From Klebsormidium nitens (Eukaryota > Plantae > Klebsormidiophyceae), in the NCBI GenBank assembly GCA_000708835.1, contig DF237036.1:153447-217446 (forward strand): a stretch of DNA of 64,000 bases, in the 5' to 3' direction. The translations under genes and the position numbers were made by a program. The notes beneath the pieces are model-generated. The model worked only from the letters and a program-made list of their open reading frames with translations, searched no databases and was not told where the DNA came from. This document shows, in pieces, positions 36,501 to 47,900 of this stretch; the first letter of the stretch is position 1; each line of letters opens with the position of its first letter.

Positions 36501-39500
36501 GTGATGGGGGGCAATGATGAGTATCAATGGGTATTCTGTTCTACCCAACCTCTTCTCGTGTGTCATTGACGCCCTGTCGTTGTCCTATTCGAGAGGCCAA
36601 GTGTGTGGAACAGACCATCTTTCGATGTGACTGTGTATTTTGACACCTCAGGAAACTTGGCTGCTTTCACGTCTAGGACTGTGTTTTAGCACCATGAACA
36701 TGGTGACCATCTGCTAGTGACTGGGGGCAAGGATGTTTAGCTGTGGGTATCCTTTTCTGCCCAGCTTCATCTTGGTGTGTTACTGATGCCACGTCATTAT
36801 CCTTATTCGAAGAGGCCCGGTGCTCAAAAGAATGGCTCTCAGACCGACCTTCGGCTGCATTTGCGTTCTCGACCCTGTTCAGCAATTTATACATGGAACC
36901 TTTTGCTGGTGACTGGTGGCAATGATGAATAAGAGTGGGTACGCTTGTTTACCCACTCCGCCCTTGCTACACCAATGCCAGTTGTTATTCTATTCCAAGA
37001 ATCCAAGTTTGCGGGACAGTGGATCTAGACTCGTCTCAACTGCAACTTTGTGTCCAACTCTTTTCTCCACGTGAAAGATGGTGACGTTCTGCTGGTGACC
37101 GAGCAATAACGAGTATTGGTAAGGATTCTTGTTACCCACCTCACACCTGATCAAGTTTTGCTGTCAGGTCGGTATCCTTGCTATAAAGGTCAAGTGGGCA
37201 GAAGAGCGGCCCTCAGACCCCTCCTCAACTGCAATTTCGTGTTCTACTCGGTTTTGACACCTCAAACTTGGTGACATTCTGCTGGTCACTGGTGGCAGTG
37301 ATAAATTTTGATGGGTATTGTTGAGCACCCCACCGACCTGTCGTTCGATGCCACGTCCTTATCCTTTCGAGAGAGGTAGGTCGGGTGTGCGGATTGCTGG
37401 CTCTCAGACCGACCTTGGCTGCTTCTGCAGATTCGACTCTTGTTCAGCACCTCAACCATTGTGACGTTTGTTTGGGCCCCGTGGCACTGACGAGTGTCAG
37501 TGGGTAGTCTTGTCACCCATTGTCTTGAATCATCACTGATGTCCCTTCGTTATCTTTTCAAAGATGCCAAGCACGCAAAACAGTGGCTCTCAGACCGACC
37601 TGTGGCTGCTTTGCGTGTTCGACTCTGTTTCAGCACCTCGAACATGGTGACCTTTTTGCTGGTCACCGGTGGCAGTGATGAGTATCAGTAGATACTCCTG
37701 TTCATCCATGTCGTCAAGGTTCAGACATAAGGCCACGTTCTTAACCTTTCAAAACGACCGACTGGGCAGAACAGTGGCCCTCAAACCGGCCTTTTTCGCT
37801 TCTGCGTTTTCGACTCTCTTTTAGCACTTCAAACATGTAACCTTCTGCTGATGACCGGTGGCAATGCTGTTTAACTGTGGGTACGCTGTTCTATCCACTT
37901 CGCCCTGTCACGTTCGATGCCACGTCTTTATCCTTTTCAAAAAGACCAGAAGTGCGGAACAGTGGCTTTCAGACTCGTCTCATCTGCAATAGCGTACCCG
38001 TCTCCGCTTCGAAAAAATGGTGACGTTTGGTGGTGACTGGTAGCAGTTAAGAATATTATTGGCGATTCACCCACTCGCTTTTTAGCAGATCTGATGCCAC
38101 GTGGATATCCTTCTTGTTGAGGCGAGTGGACAGAACAGTGGCCCTCAAACCCATCTTCAACTTCGTTTTGGCATCCGACGCTGTTTCAGCACCTCATGAG
38201 ACATGGCAAGTTAATGCTGGTGACTCGTGGCAGGGATGAGTATCAGTGGGTATTCTCGTTTACCCACATCGCCTGTTCCGAAGCCACGTCGTTCCCTTCT
38301 GAGAACGGCCGAGTGCGCCGAACAGTGGCCCTCAGCCCCTTCGTCAACGGCGATTCCGTATTCGACTCTGTTTCAAGCACCTCAAACATTGTAACGTTTG
38401 TGGGTCCCCGTCGCACTGACCAGTGTCGGTGGGTAGTCTTTGCACCCATTGCTTTTGCATGTTCGACTCTGTTTCAGCACGTCAAGTACGGTGATGTTTT
38501 CTAGTGACTGGTGGCAACGATAGTGGGCACTCTTGTTTACCCACCTCCCCCTCGGTTTTCCAACGCCACGTCGTTGTTCTTCGAAAAAACCGAGTTCGCA
38601 GGACAGTGGCTCTCAGATCGACCTTGGCTGCTTTTGCGCGACTTTGTTTCAGCACTTTAAACATGGTGACGTTTTGCTGGTTAGAGCGCTGGCAATGACC
38701 GTCAAAAGTGGGTACGCTTTATTGACTCATTGTCCAATTGATGACCTCCGATGCCACGTCGTTCTCCTTTGCGGAGAAGCCGAGTGCGCAGAACACTAGC
38801 TCTTTGACCCATTCTAACACGCGTTTCCATACTCGACTCCGTTTCCAATACCTCAAACATGGTGACGACTTGTGACGGCTAGTGACGGTTGGCAGTGATC
38901 AGTATCAGTGGGTATTTTACCTACCCAACCAATCACGTCCTTTGTTGACGCCAAGTCCTTATCCTTTTCAGAGAGGTAGCCCAAGAGTGGCCATAGACCG
39001 GCTACCGAGTTCAACCTATTTGGCCCCACAACTATAGCTTGCGAATACCCATGCTTCCTTTCGTCAGTTTTTTGAGCTTGGAAGAACCTAAGCCTTCTTC
39101 GCTTTTCCTTGTGCACGTTCGTTAACCCGTGTAAGTCATATACTGTCCCTACTACCTTATCAGTGCTCGTCTGTTCGTCGGTTGTTGAGATAGTGGCAGT
39201 GATGTCGTACAATTACTGGGCATTTTTACAGCTTACTTTGCCTGGACAACCGATGCCGTTGCTGGTCGCGTTTCCCGTTGTCGGTTGGGTAGGATTCACG
39301 AAGCCTGTATGCTCACATAACGGAGGTAATCAGCGCCATTTTCATTGTCTTAGCGGGTGGTCCCTTTCGTCCTGGATCCATGTGCTGCGAAGGCTACTGC
39401 AGGAGTTTCCCTCACTATCTATGCAACCAACGCCGCACTGCCTGGTTTACTAGCGCTAGCTCAGCTTGCCGGTATGGGCTCTCCATAAAGTGTCTACAAT

Positions 39501-42500
39501 TTTGTGATGCTACTTCTCGCCCGATTTGACGACTACGTAGACGAGGCGTTTCTGCTTGTTCCATTATATGTACAGCGTCAGACGTACTCAGCTTATCCAC
39601 ACCCCGTGCTCGCCCTTCGCTTACTCTGGATGATTTGACGCTGTGCGTTGGAATGCACTCTTCTGCTTTGCTCTGCTTCCACTTTCGTCATTCGTTGTAA
39701 ATCTGTCACGTGACAAAAGCAATCTGCAGATCGATTCTTTGCTAACGCTAGAAATGATTTATCCCCGCCTTTTTCTTTTGAACAATTGAGGAACCGGACC
39801 AGTTCTAAGAGCAAAAGGAATGTTAGAAAAGCTTCGTCTTGATGTAAAACAGTCTTTGGACAGCAAACTGATTCGAGAAATGACAAATCCGTCAGGAGAA
39901 GCTCAGGCGAGGATGCATGTCACAGCTCGGCCCTCATCAGCCGAAGCGCGAGGTCGTGTTTGACGCCTCTTACAATCAGGATTTTCTTTTGAACACTTTG
40001 CTGAACGCTCTTCGAACTTCCGCGATACTGCCAGAATTTTCTTGTCGACTCTCACTGCCTACAAGATCACGTGAAGCGTGTATGCGATTCCCTCGTATCA
40101 GTGTTGTGAAGATTCTGCTCGCTCTTTCTCCTGCTGATCGAGCGAGCCTTGCAAAGACGTGCGCGCTGCCTTCGCGCGATTGAACATCTTGAAATGTCGG
40201 AAGTCAAACTCTTGCTTAAAAAGGTGGCAATGAAGGGCTGTAGATGCTTGAGTGCGGGCTCTGAACTCATGCATCAGTTTGTTTGGGCTGATGCCGCTAC
40301 TTGCGAGAGTCAATACGTTCCTAGAATCTTGCTCCCGAGTTACTACCCTACTGGATCCGCACTTTCACTTCCCAAAGGCTTGGGGCAGAAACGGTCCTGC
40401 CTTCTTGTTGGGTGTGTTTCGGACAAGTCAAGATGGCTTAGGCACAGGCAATTTCAGACCGGATTTCTGGAATCAAGGGGGGCCAGAAGGTCTTGTCAAG
40501 ACAACAATCTTTGTTGCATAGAGAGTGCCGTGCCCGGTACGCTTGGAGCCCAATTAGCCGAGACTACACGATACAATGAGAGCCGCAGGAGGATATTGCT
40601 TCTGCTTTTGTTGCTACAAGCTACTACTTGGTGCCACCCTTTCTACAACTCGACGGATCGTCGCGTGCTTAGTCGTTTGACACGTGGGTTAGGTAATTGC
40701 GTCAGCTGAATATCGCCATTTATTGTGGGTCGTGCTCGTTCTGAGAAATCCGTTTTACGAATATTTTTGGAACATGTGCACACCCGACAGAAAACTGTGT
40801 GCTCGACGTGGGCGCTTTTGTCATAACCGGGATCTGCCAAAGGGTTGACCCCAGCTTCTGGGAGTTCTCAAGAGGCTAAGGTTTTCCGCGGGATCGTCGG
40901 GGTACAAATGGTGCTTGTGGTTGTTCCTATTCATCCAGCACCTTAAGTACGTCGGTTCTAGGATTGCAAAGTCTTTGTCTTTTGAGTTCTCAGCGGTTAC
41001 AGACCGCGGCTGCTTCCATACAAATACGGATAAGATTGACCTTTTCGGGGAATCAGCTGGATGGAATCTCGTCGCTTCCTGTCTTTGTATAGAAATGGTT
41101 GATTGGTCTTTTTGTAAGTGGCGGGGATGCATTCAATCTGGTTGAGTTGCCGCGGGACTCAAATACCATATCGCACTGCTGCTGATGCCAGTGTGCACTT
41201 CTTCTGGACTGCACCCTTGCCATTTACTCATCACTGGCCCGGCAAGGACAGCCAGTCCGCGCTTGCATGGATGGTAGTATCAACTATTTGAGGAAACGAC
41301 CTCGTTGATACCTCCTACCATTATAGTACGCTTTCGTACACTTTTCCAGTGCACTTTGACTTCGACCAATGTGTGATTTCGGGCTAAGAGGTTGCCACTT
41401 CTTCGACTGGATGAGTGAAAACATCGCTCATTGATGCAGTTCCTTGACTGACGCCCCAACGAATCAATTCAGCCTTGTTTTCCGCTTTTCTCCGGCTCAC
41501 GACTCACTTGGTTGGACCCTGTCTTTTTGCAGTTGCGTTGCCGCGTCAACTTCCATGCCCTGCGCTTCACTCCAACTCTCGAAACGATCGGCCGGCGCCT
41601 CGTTTCTGCCGTGAGCAAGGATCGGAAACCGTTCGTCGCTCTACATCTGCGGTGAGGACGCAATCGGTTGCTCTTTTGGTCCGAGACAACCTATGCAAAC
41701 GGAAGCCTGGCGAAATTTTCTTATTTATACAAGGTGGCAAGGTTCATGCCGAGGATCGATTCTAGTCGAATGAGTCTTCTTTTTTTACAGAGAGTCTTGG
41801 CGCTCTCGAATGTCTTAGGAATTCTTCAAGTTGAAGTGGCAGCTTTTTACAACGCTCGTATCGCTCTTATCGCTGAAAGTGGTCGGGTGGCTGCTGGTAA
41901 CAAAGCACATGTCCGTTAAAGGAATCATTCGGGCGGAGTACGAAGTACGACTGATATTGGAAAAGTTTTGAATAGCTTTCAAAACTTCCTTGCTGACATG
42001 ACTCCGAACAGAAAGCAAGACTTGGATCAGAGCTGCAAAGTTGATGAATAAGCTGTCGAACCCGAATCTGCGGACACTGATATGGAGGTCTTTGACACGT
42101 CGTACTTTACAAACAGTGGACGATGCGGTTTTTACCTTTGATTGCAAGTACGGGCTCAAAAGCGAAGCGACAACATGTGTTGATCTTTGTTAGGACCTCA
42201 CGACTCATGTCCTGAATAAGGAAGTGGTGGTTCTGTTAACGATTGCGATACCTGTCCTGCCCGCGTTTGGCGTGTTTGACTGTCGGATGGGCCCTTGACA
42301 GTCGAGGAAACGATTGTGCGGGGTGCTGGATATAGAATGTTTCGCGCAAAACTATGAAGCTGACCTGCCTCACATGTTCCAACAAAAGGTTCCGGAACTT
42401 ATACGGTTTCGAGCCACACATCCTCGCGTTCTTTCGGGGTGCGACTACAGGTTGGACCCGAGGGAGAGTCAGAGCTGCTGCACTGTGCTCCCGCTGGAAG

Positions 42501-43910
42501 CAGCTCCTTTCGGACTCCGCAGCGCTTATTTATTAGTCGCATGGTTTCGTTCACTTGGTTTCGTAAGCCTCGAAATCGAATCCCATTATCCTGCAGGTTC
42601 GAGCCCGACACGCTGGCTTTCTCCGGGTGCGACAACGGACTTGGCGTCGAAGCTGAGGCGGAGCTCACCGCACTGCTTCACCACTGGAATCCTTGCTCTC
42701 GACTCTCTACAAAACTGCTTAAAAAGTTCGCATCGGTTCTGAACTGATCCAAAGAAGTTCTACCCTGCAGGTTCGAGCCCGACATGCTGGCGTTCTCCGG
42801 GTGCGACTACGGGCTGGGGGCCGAGGCTGAAGCGGAGCTGACCGCACTACGCGCCCGCTGGAAGAACCTGCCTCAAGACATGGATCCGGATCATCAGCGG
42901 AGGCACGGCCACTGTGTTTTGACGCCGGAAGAGGTGAGTTTCACCGAATTTGTCTTTTCTGTGTCTCGCTTATTGTTCATCTCTTTAGTACAGCGTCTCG
43001 TTCCAATTTTGCGTCTGCTTTGTCTCGTCCGTCGAGAAAAGCGGCCTCAAAACGCATCGACCCGGACCATAAGTGGATGCATGGCAGCTGCGTCACGTGT
43101 CTGGAGTAGGTGAGCTTTCGGAAGCTTTCTCCCGTTTTGTGCGCCGACTGCTGTGCCGTTGTGATGGTGCACTGCACACCGGTCGGCGTTGGAGGTCCGG
43201 GGCCTTGTCCCATGACAATCTCCATTTCATTTCTTACTGCCCCAGTGCTTCCTCTGTGTCAACATCAATCTTGGTTGCACGTTCCCTCAGCCAGCTTATC
43301 CTGTCCTCCTTTGGAGTCCTTGTCCAAAAGACAAGATCATTCGCCCAGCTCAATAGAGCTAGGAGCGGTGGAAGTTGCGGAAATTCCCCCGGCCGAGCTT
43401 TCTGTGCTAACCTAGAGAGTTGGCTTTGTGCAGATTGGAAGGTCGCTCGAAGCCCTCGGTTACCCGAGCGACACTCTTGTGTACATTGCTTCTGGCCCCA
43501 TCTTCGGAGGCGAAGTCTCCGTCAAACCCCTGCGAGAAAGGTTCCCCAACCTAGTTACCAAGACCACGCTGATGACGTCCACCGAGTTACAGCCCCTGAG
43601 TCGCTCGTTTTCAAAGTTGGCAGCCCTGGATTATATCGTATGTGCAGCGGCAGATGCGTTTATTAGCAATAACAACGGGAACATGGCTCGCGTGATTGCA
43701 GGAGTAAGACTAGTTGCAGGTAACAGGCAAAGCATACAGCTTGCGGGTTATGACTTACAAAGAGTACTGGATGACAAAGCCTTGTCGAAGACGGAGTTGA
43801 GTCGGAAACTGAGGAAGAAAGTGGCAGACAAGTCGAATCTAAGCCTAGACGTCAGAACAGACGGAAGCTTCTTCCAACACCCTGTCGAGTGCATATGCTC
43901 ATCAATCTAG
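30586..43910 (+). CDS. O-fucosyltransferase-family (PF10250; plant GT106-type) type II membrane glycosyltransferase, about 514 aa
   Basis: Exons 30586-30810 (TM), 31339-31566 (GYLHVALSGGLNQMRVG), 32240-32328 (LCDAVVVARVLNATLVVP), 32945-33115 (EVFDVDHLI), 33736-33808 (KFDFRLADRIDEDLQK), 41533-41651 (LRCRVNFHALRF..FVALHLR), 42771-42933 (FEPDMLAFSGC..GHCVLTPEE), 43434-43910 (YIASG..LAALDYIVC..DAFISNNNGNM). All phases are compatible; total 1545 nt. Confidence 0.93.
34440..39300. repeat. Intronic degenerate tandem array, about 25 units of ~190 bp
   Basis: Recurrent 'gactctgtttcagcacctcgaacatggtgac..gctggtgactggtggcagtgatgag..cagtgggta..taccca..gatgccacgtc..gaacagtggctctcagac'. Anchors lie at about 34804, 35005, 35197, 35390, 35580, 35774, 36272, 36686, 36880, 37444, 37631, 37821, 38186, 38375 and 38650. 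Confidence 0.95.
39917..40330 (+). pseudogene. Possible F-box-like remnant inside the O-FucT intron
   Basis: MRFPRISVVKILLALSPADRASLAKTC has F-box-like spacing and continues in another frame (CLRAIEHLEMSEVK). The similarity is short and judged by eye. Confidence 0.3.
42320..42770 (+). repeat. Copies of the O-FucT exon-7 acceptor junction
   Basis: cctgcag|GTTCGAGCCCGACACGCTGGCTTTCTCCGGGTGCGAC at 42597 duplicates the real junction at 42771 (period 174). An older copy lies at ~42400-42485. Confidence 0.88.
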
Positions 43911-44993
43911 CTGAGCAACCTTTAAGTCGAGCATTGGAAATCTGGCGCGATAGCGATTCATGTCTTCAGTATCGTCGTTCCTTTCACATATTCGCTTTTC
44001 GAGTTTGCGGTCGGAGTCGTTGCACTTGCATGATGAATGTTGAAAGCTGTTCAACACAAGTTCTTACTGGCGCGCAGCCTTCGAGTTGAGCTCATGTACG
44101 TCAAACTTGCCCGCTGTTAATTCGATGTACGCAGTCCTTGCACAGGCCTGCATGGGATGATGATCTGATCAGCCGCCCTAGAATTGGGCCATCCGATCAT
44201 ACCAATTGATGCAATTTAAGTTACTGCATCTGTTGTCGATCGGATCACTTGCGCAAGAAGCGTCGTTCGATTCGATAAACCTACCTGCTGGCATCAAATA
44301 AATCCGGCCTGCCGCGGTGTACTACAAATTACTTCGATCCGTTGATTGGACAGCGCGCCTCAGTACGAGCTCATTCGATGCACATGGCAGCGATCTAGCT
44401 AGTGACGCCAATGATGCCAGATGCTATTCCGGTGCGATCGATCTCGCATGATCATTGGTACAGCGGCGGCCGCCAGTAGATGGCTTGAATTGGCAGCACG
44501 CGTGCCAGCACTGGCGACTGGCACGATCGTATATGCATGTATAACTTCGATCAGCCGCCGCCGATCGTGGCCCGGCGCTGAGTCGTATTGAACGGCCCCC
44601 ACGAGGATTGATGCACTGCTAGCATATTATCGAACGTACTACAACAAGAAACAGGTCCCACATCAAGGCAGGGCTGCTTTCCAGGTTTGACCAGCGGCGC
44701 GTATAATTACGTGCAGTTCTGCACATCCTGGTTTGACGAGAGTTGTTGACTGTAAGCAGATTACACAGAACCGAGTTCTAATCAATACTCAAATATGATA
44801 ACAAAGCCACGCACAGACGCTCGATGGCTTTGCAAGGTGAAAGCAATGATACTCAGCTGGATTTTGAAAAATGAAACTCGCTACTTTCTGGTGTTCACGC
44901 GACAAAGCGAAGTACCGCGGTCTCGCTCGTCTTTTTAAAGCCTAGTACTATTTTAAGGTAGAGGCAACTTCTCTTCAACTGGTTTGGGGCCCT

Positions 44994-47900
44994 TCATTGG
45001 CCTGCTGGATCTTCAACAAGCCACAAATTCTCCGCCTTTAGATTCGTAACTTTGTCGTCCATGTGCATGTACCTGTGAAAATTAGACGAGACATGATTAC
45101 ACAACACCTTCGACGGTGAGCTTTTCCGGCGAGCAGCGAAGCCAAACGCCCCAAGAAACATCTCTACGCCTGGACTAAACTTCGTGAAGTGGACAGCGGT
45201 ATAAAAGCACACTCAAAAGACGTGTGCGTGCACTATGTAGCAATCTCCGCTAACGATCGGTCGTTCGCGAGAGATTTTCTCAACCAGCTGGAAAACTCAG
45301 CACCCGCATGGACGAGAGAAGCTTTCAAGAAGGAATAACTAGATCGCGTTGCAGAGATCAACCAACTCCGAAGCCCAACAACGTCTGCCGAGTTTTCAAA
45401 AATCATTATAAAGATTGCCAGTTCATCAAAAATCTAAAACATTTTTAACTAGTCGCCCTCCGGAGAGTTGAACGTTCTGGGAAAAGGGTAACGGTATCAT
45501 GAGTGCCTGGTCTAAACCCATCCCCCGGGCTTCGAAACAAGTCTCGATAAGATCACTAATAAGTATAATCAGTCGAAATAAGTCTCGATCTTGTGCTGCG
45601 TTAGTTATTTGTTGGAGTCGAGTCACTTCCATGGGCTCAAAAATACTAGAAACTGAGACCCAATGTTAACATTTCCCGCACCCGTACCCACCTTAAACCC
45701 CCAAATTAGCCCCGCCCGTCGCCCGGACATGACATATATCAAGATATAGCCGTAACTCAACTCGATATAAGACTACTGGCTTCAAACTGCAAACCATCCG
45801 CTCAGCGATTGATGCAGGCAGATGCAGTGTAGCTTGGAAGGTTCGATTGTCAGGAAGCGTCCAGAGACATGTTGACGCGGACTGCGTTTACGAATGCTGA
45901 CTGTACCTGCACACCGCCCCATGCGTTTGATACGCACGGGCTATAAGATATGTGTCCTTTGAATCGCGCGCCCTTAATCGTTTGTAATTCTGCAGGTTGC
46001 AAGCGGAATCTGACAGTAGAACTCACCCACAGTGCGTGATAACGGAGTCGACGCTGAGGTGTAACCGATGTCGCGCCCTCATGGTGTGCAGATTGTGGTA
46101 CATCTTCAAGGGAAGATACTGAAACCGCAAGAACACGTTTTGGCAGTTCTTGGACCGGTAGAAAGCCGCTGCCTCTTTCGATCTGAACAGCTTGTTGGCC
46201 TCCTCGAAAGAGTCGACGATGTACGGAAGGAGCTCCGTTTGGAACATCTCCTGCTCCCAGTAAGTAGGCTCTGCTGCGAGATGATCGACCTGCATTCAGG
46301 CAGAATTATCTTCTTAGTTTGACTCCATCTATAGAACTCCGATTGAGCCGTTCTACCAGACACCTATCCTGACTGATTGGCCAAAGCTTACTTTGAAAAG
46401 AGACGACTTCAGCATCCTGATTCTTGGCAGGGGAATGGCTCTAATAATAAGAAGGCGGTCCTGTAGCTCTCATGTGCGAAAACCCGAAGATTTAGAGTGT
46501 CGGTCAGACCAAAGACTGTTCGATTCCGATTGCGATGATTCACTTTTGCCAGATTACGACGTGGTTCTAGGACATGCAAGATCATTCCAAAGCGATGAAT
46601 CCTGAAAAGCCCTACTTGTTGTCTTTCAGGAACACGATGTACCCGATCGTCCGGTTGAACGATGTTCAAGAGAACAGCTTTGAAGTGATTCCAATCTTCG
46701 TTCGTCATGAAAGCGCCGTCGGAGCTAGATTGCCAATCGGCGGAGTACAGTGGAACCAGGTTAATCGTTGAGATTCGGCTACGTCAGAAGTGATTGAAGG
46801 AAATGTTCAATTCGCAGGGCGACTGGTCACAGGCCTTGTTGGCTGGGCCTAAAAGGGAAATTCCAAAGTTTGACTCGGCACTCATCTCCTGGTATTTCAC
46901 TCAATCCGCGTGACGGAAAAGCTCGAACGGGAAGCATAAGATGGAGCTTGGATTCAGTAATCAGAACGAAAACGGCCGAATAAAGTATATCAAAGTGTTC
47001 AACACAGTCCCAGACTGTCTTCGAAAATGGAAGCGTGCTTCCACTCACCATTGACGTGAGAAACGCCTCCGCAGAGGGCGTCGCGCGAAAGAACATCGTT
47101 CCCGTGGAGGCACACAGAGGGCTCGACAGGTGCGCGTACCGCAGTGGACACGTCACTCTCTCCGTCAGCGCCAGATCCGCTACCTGTGTGAATTCCCCCT
47201 CAGCCATATCGTACAGTGCCTGTGGTGTGAGGGGGAAAAGCGTCAGAATAGGCGGACCGCGGAAGTTCGTGATAATCGAAATCGCAGCGCTACCGTCTGA
47301 TTTCACCATAAGGACTCCGGTCTGTAAACTTTAGCCCAGGGGTCTCAACTTGGGGAGAAGCAGTTCCGATACTGGGGTTCAAAAAAATCCCGTGCCTAAC
47401 TAAATGCAGACGAAAGATCTCGAGCTTTCAATTTTTGACGTCAAACTCTGAACGGCAGCGCTGCGATTCCTGGTCGTCCCCCTGCCACTTCGTGGTTCTG
47501 CGGTCTGCCTGAGAATCTTTGTTGTATACTCTCTGCGATCGGCTCTAGTTTTTAACAAGATTGCTTTGGGGGATACCTTATCTTGCAGCACGCATGCACG
47601 AATAGTGCACGAACGATCGCATGTCGTCGATTCTGCAGATAGACTGAGGCAAGCCTAACTAACAAGCAATCTTTAGGCATCAGAAAGAGGTTGCAGGCGA
47701 AGCTCACTTGGACCTCGTAATCTCGATCCCAATGCTTGAAGGGATCCTGCAGTAATGATCGTCCGATTTAGATCAACTTTGATCGGCGCTGCAGCGCCTT
47801 AGACGAAAAGCTTGGTCAAGCTTACTTTTGAAAGCTTTGACTCAAGTCAGTGAGACCAGAGCCAGGAGACGTTGATTAAGGTGAAAGCATTTCTGAGATG

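Noticed and set aside
34487-38799. Short ORFs in the array as a repeat protein (kelch/WD-like LLVTGG)
   Set aside because: Frames shift and stop between almost every unit, so there is no sign of coding constraint.
34440-39300. CRISPR array
   Set aside because: The whole ~190-bp unit is homologous between copies, there are no unique spacers or invariant short repeats, no cas genes are present, and the context is a eukaryotic intron.
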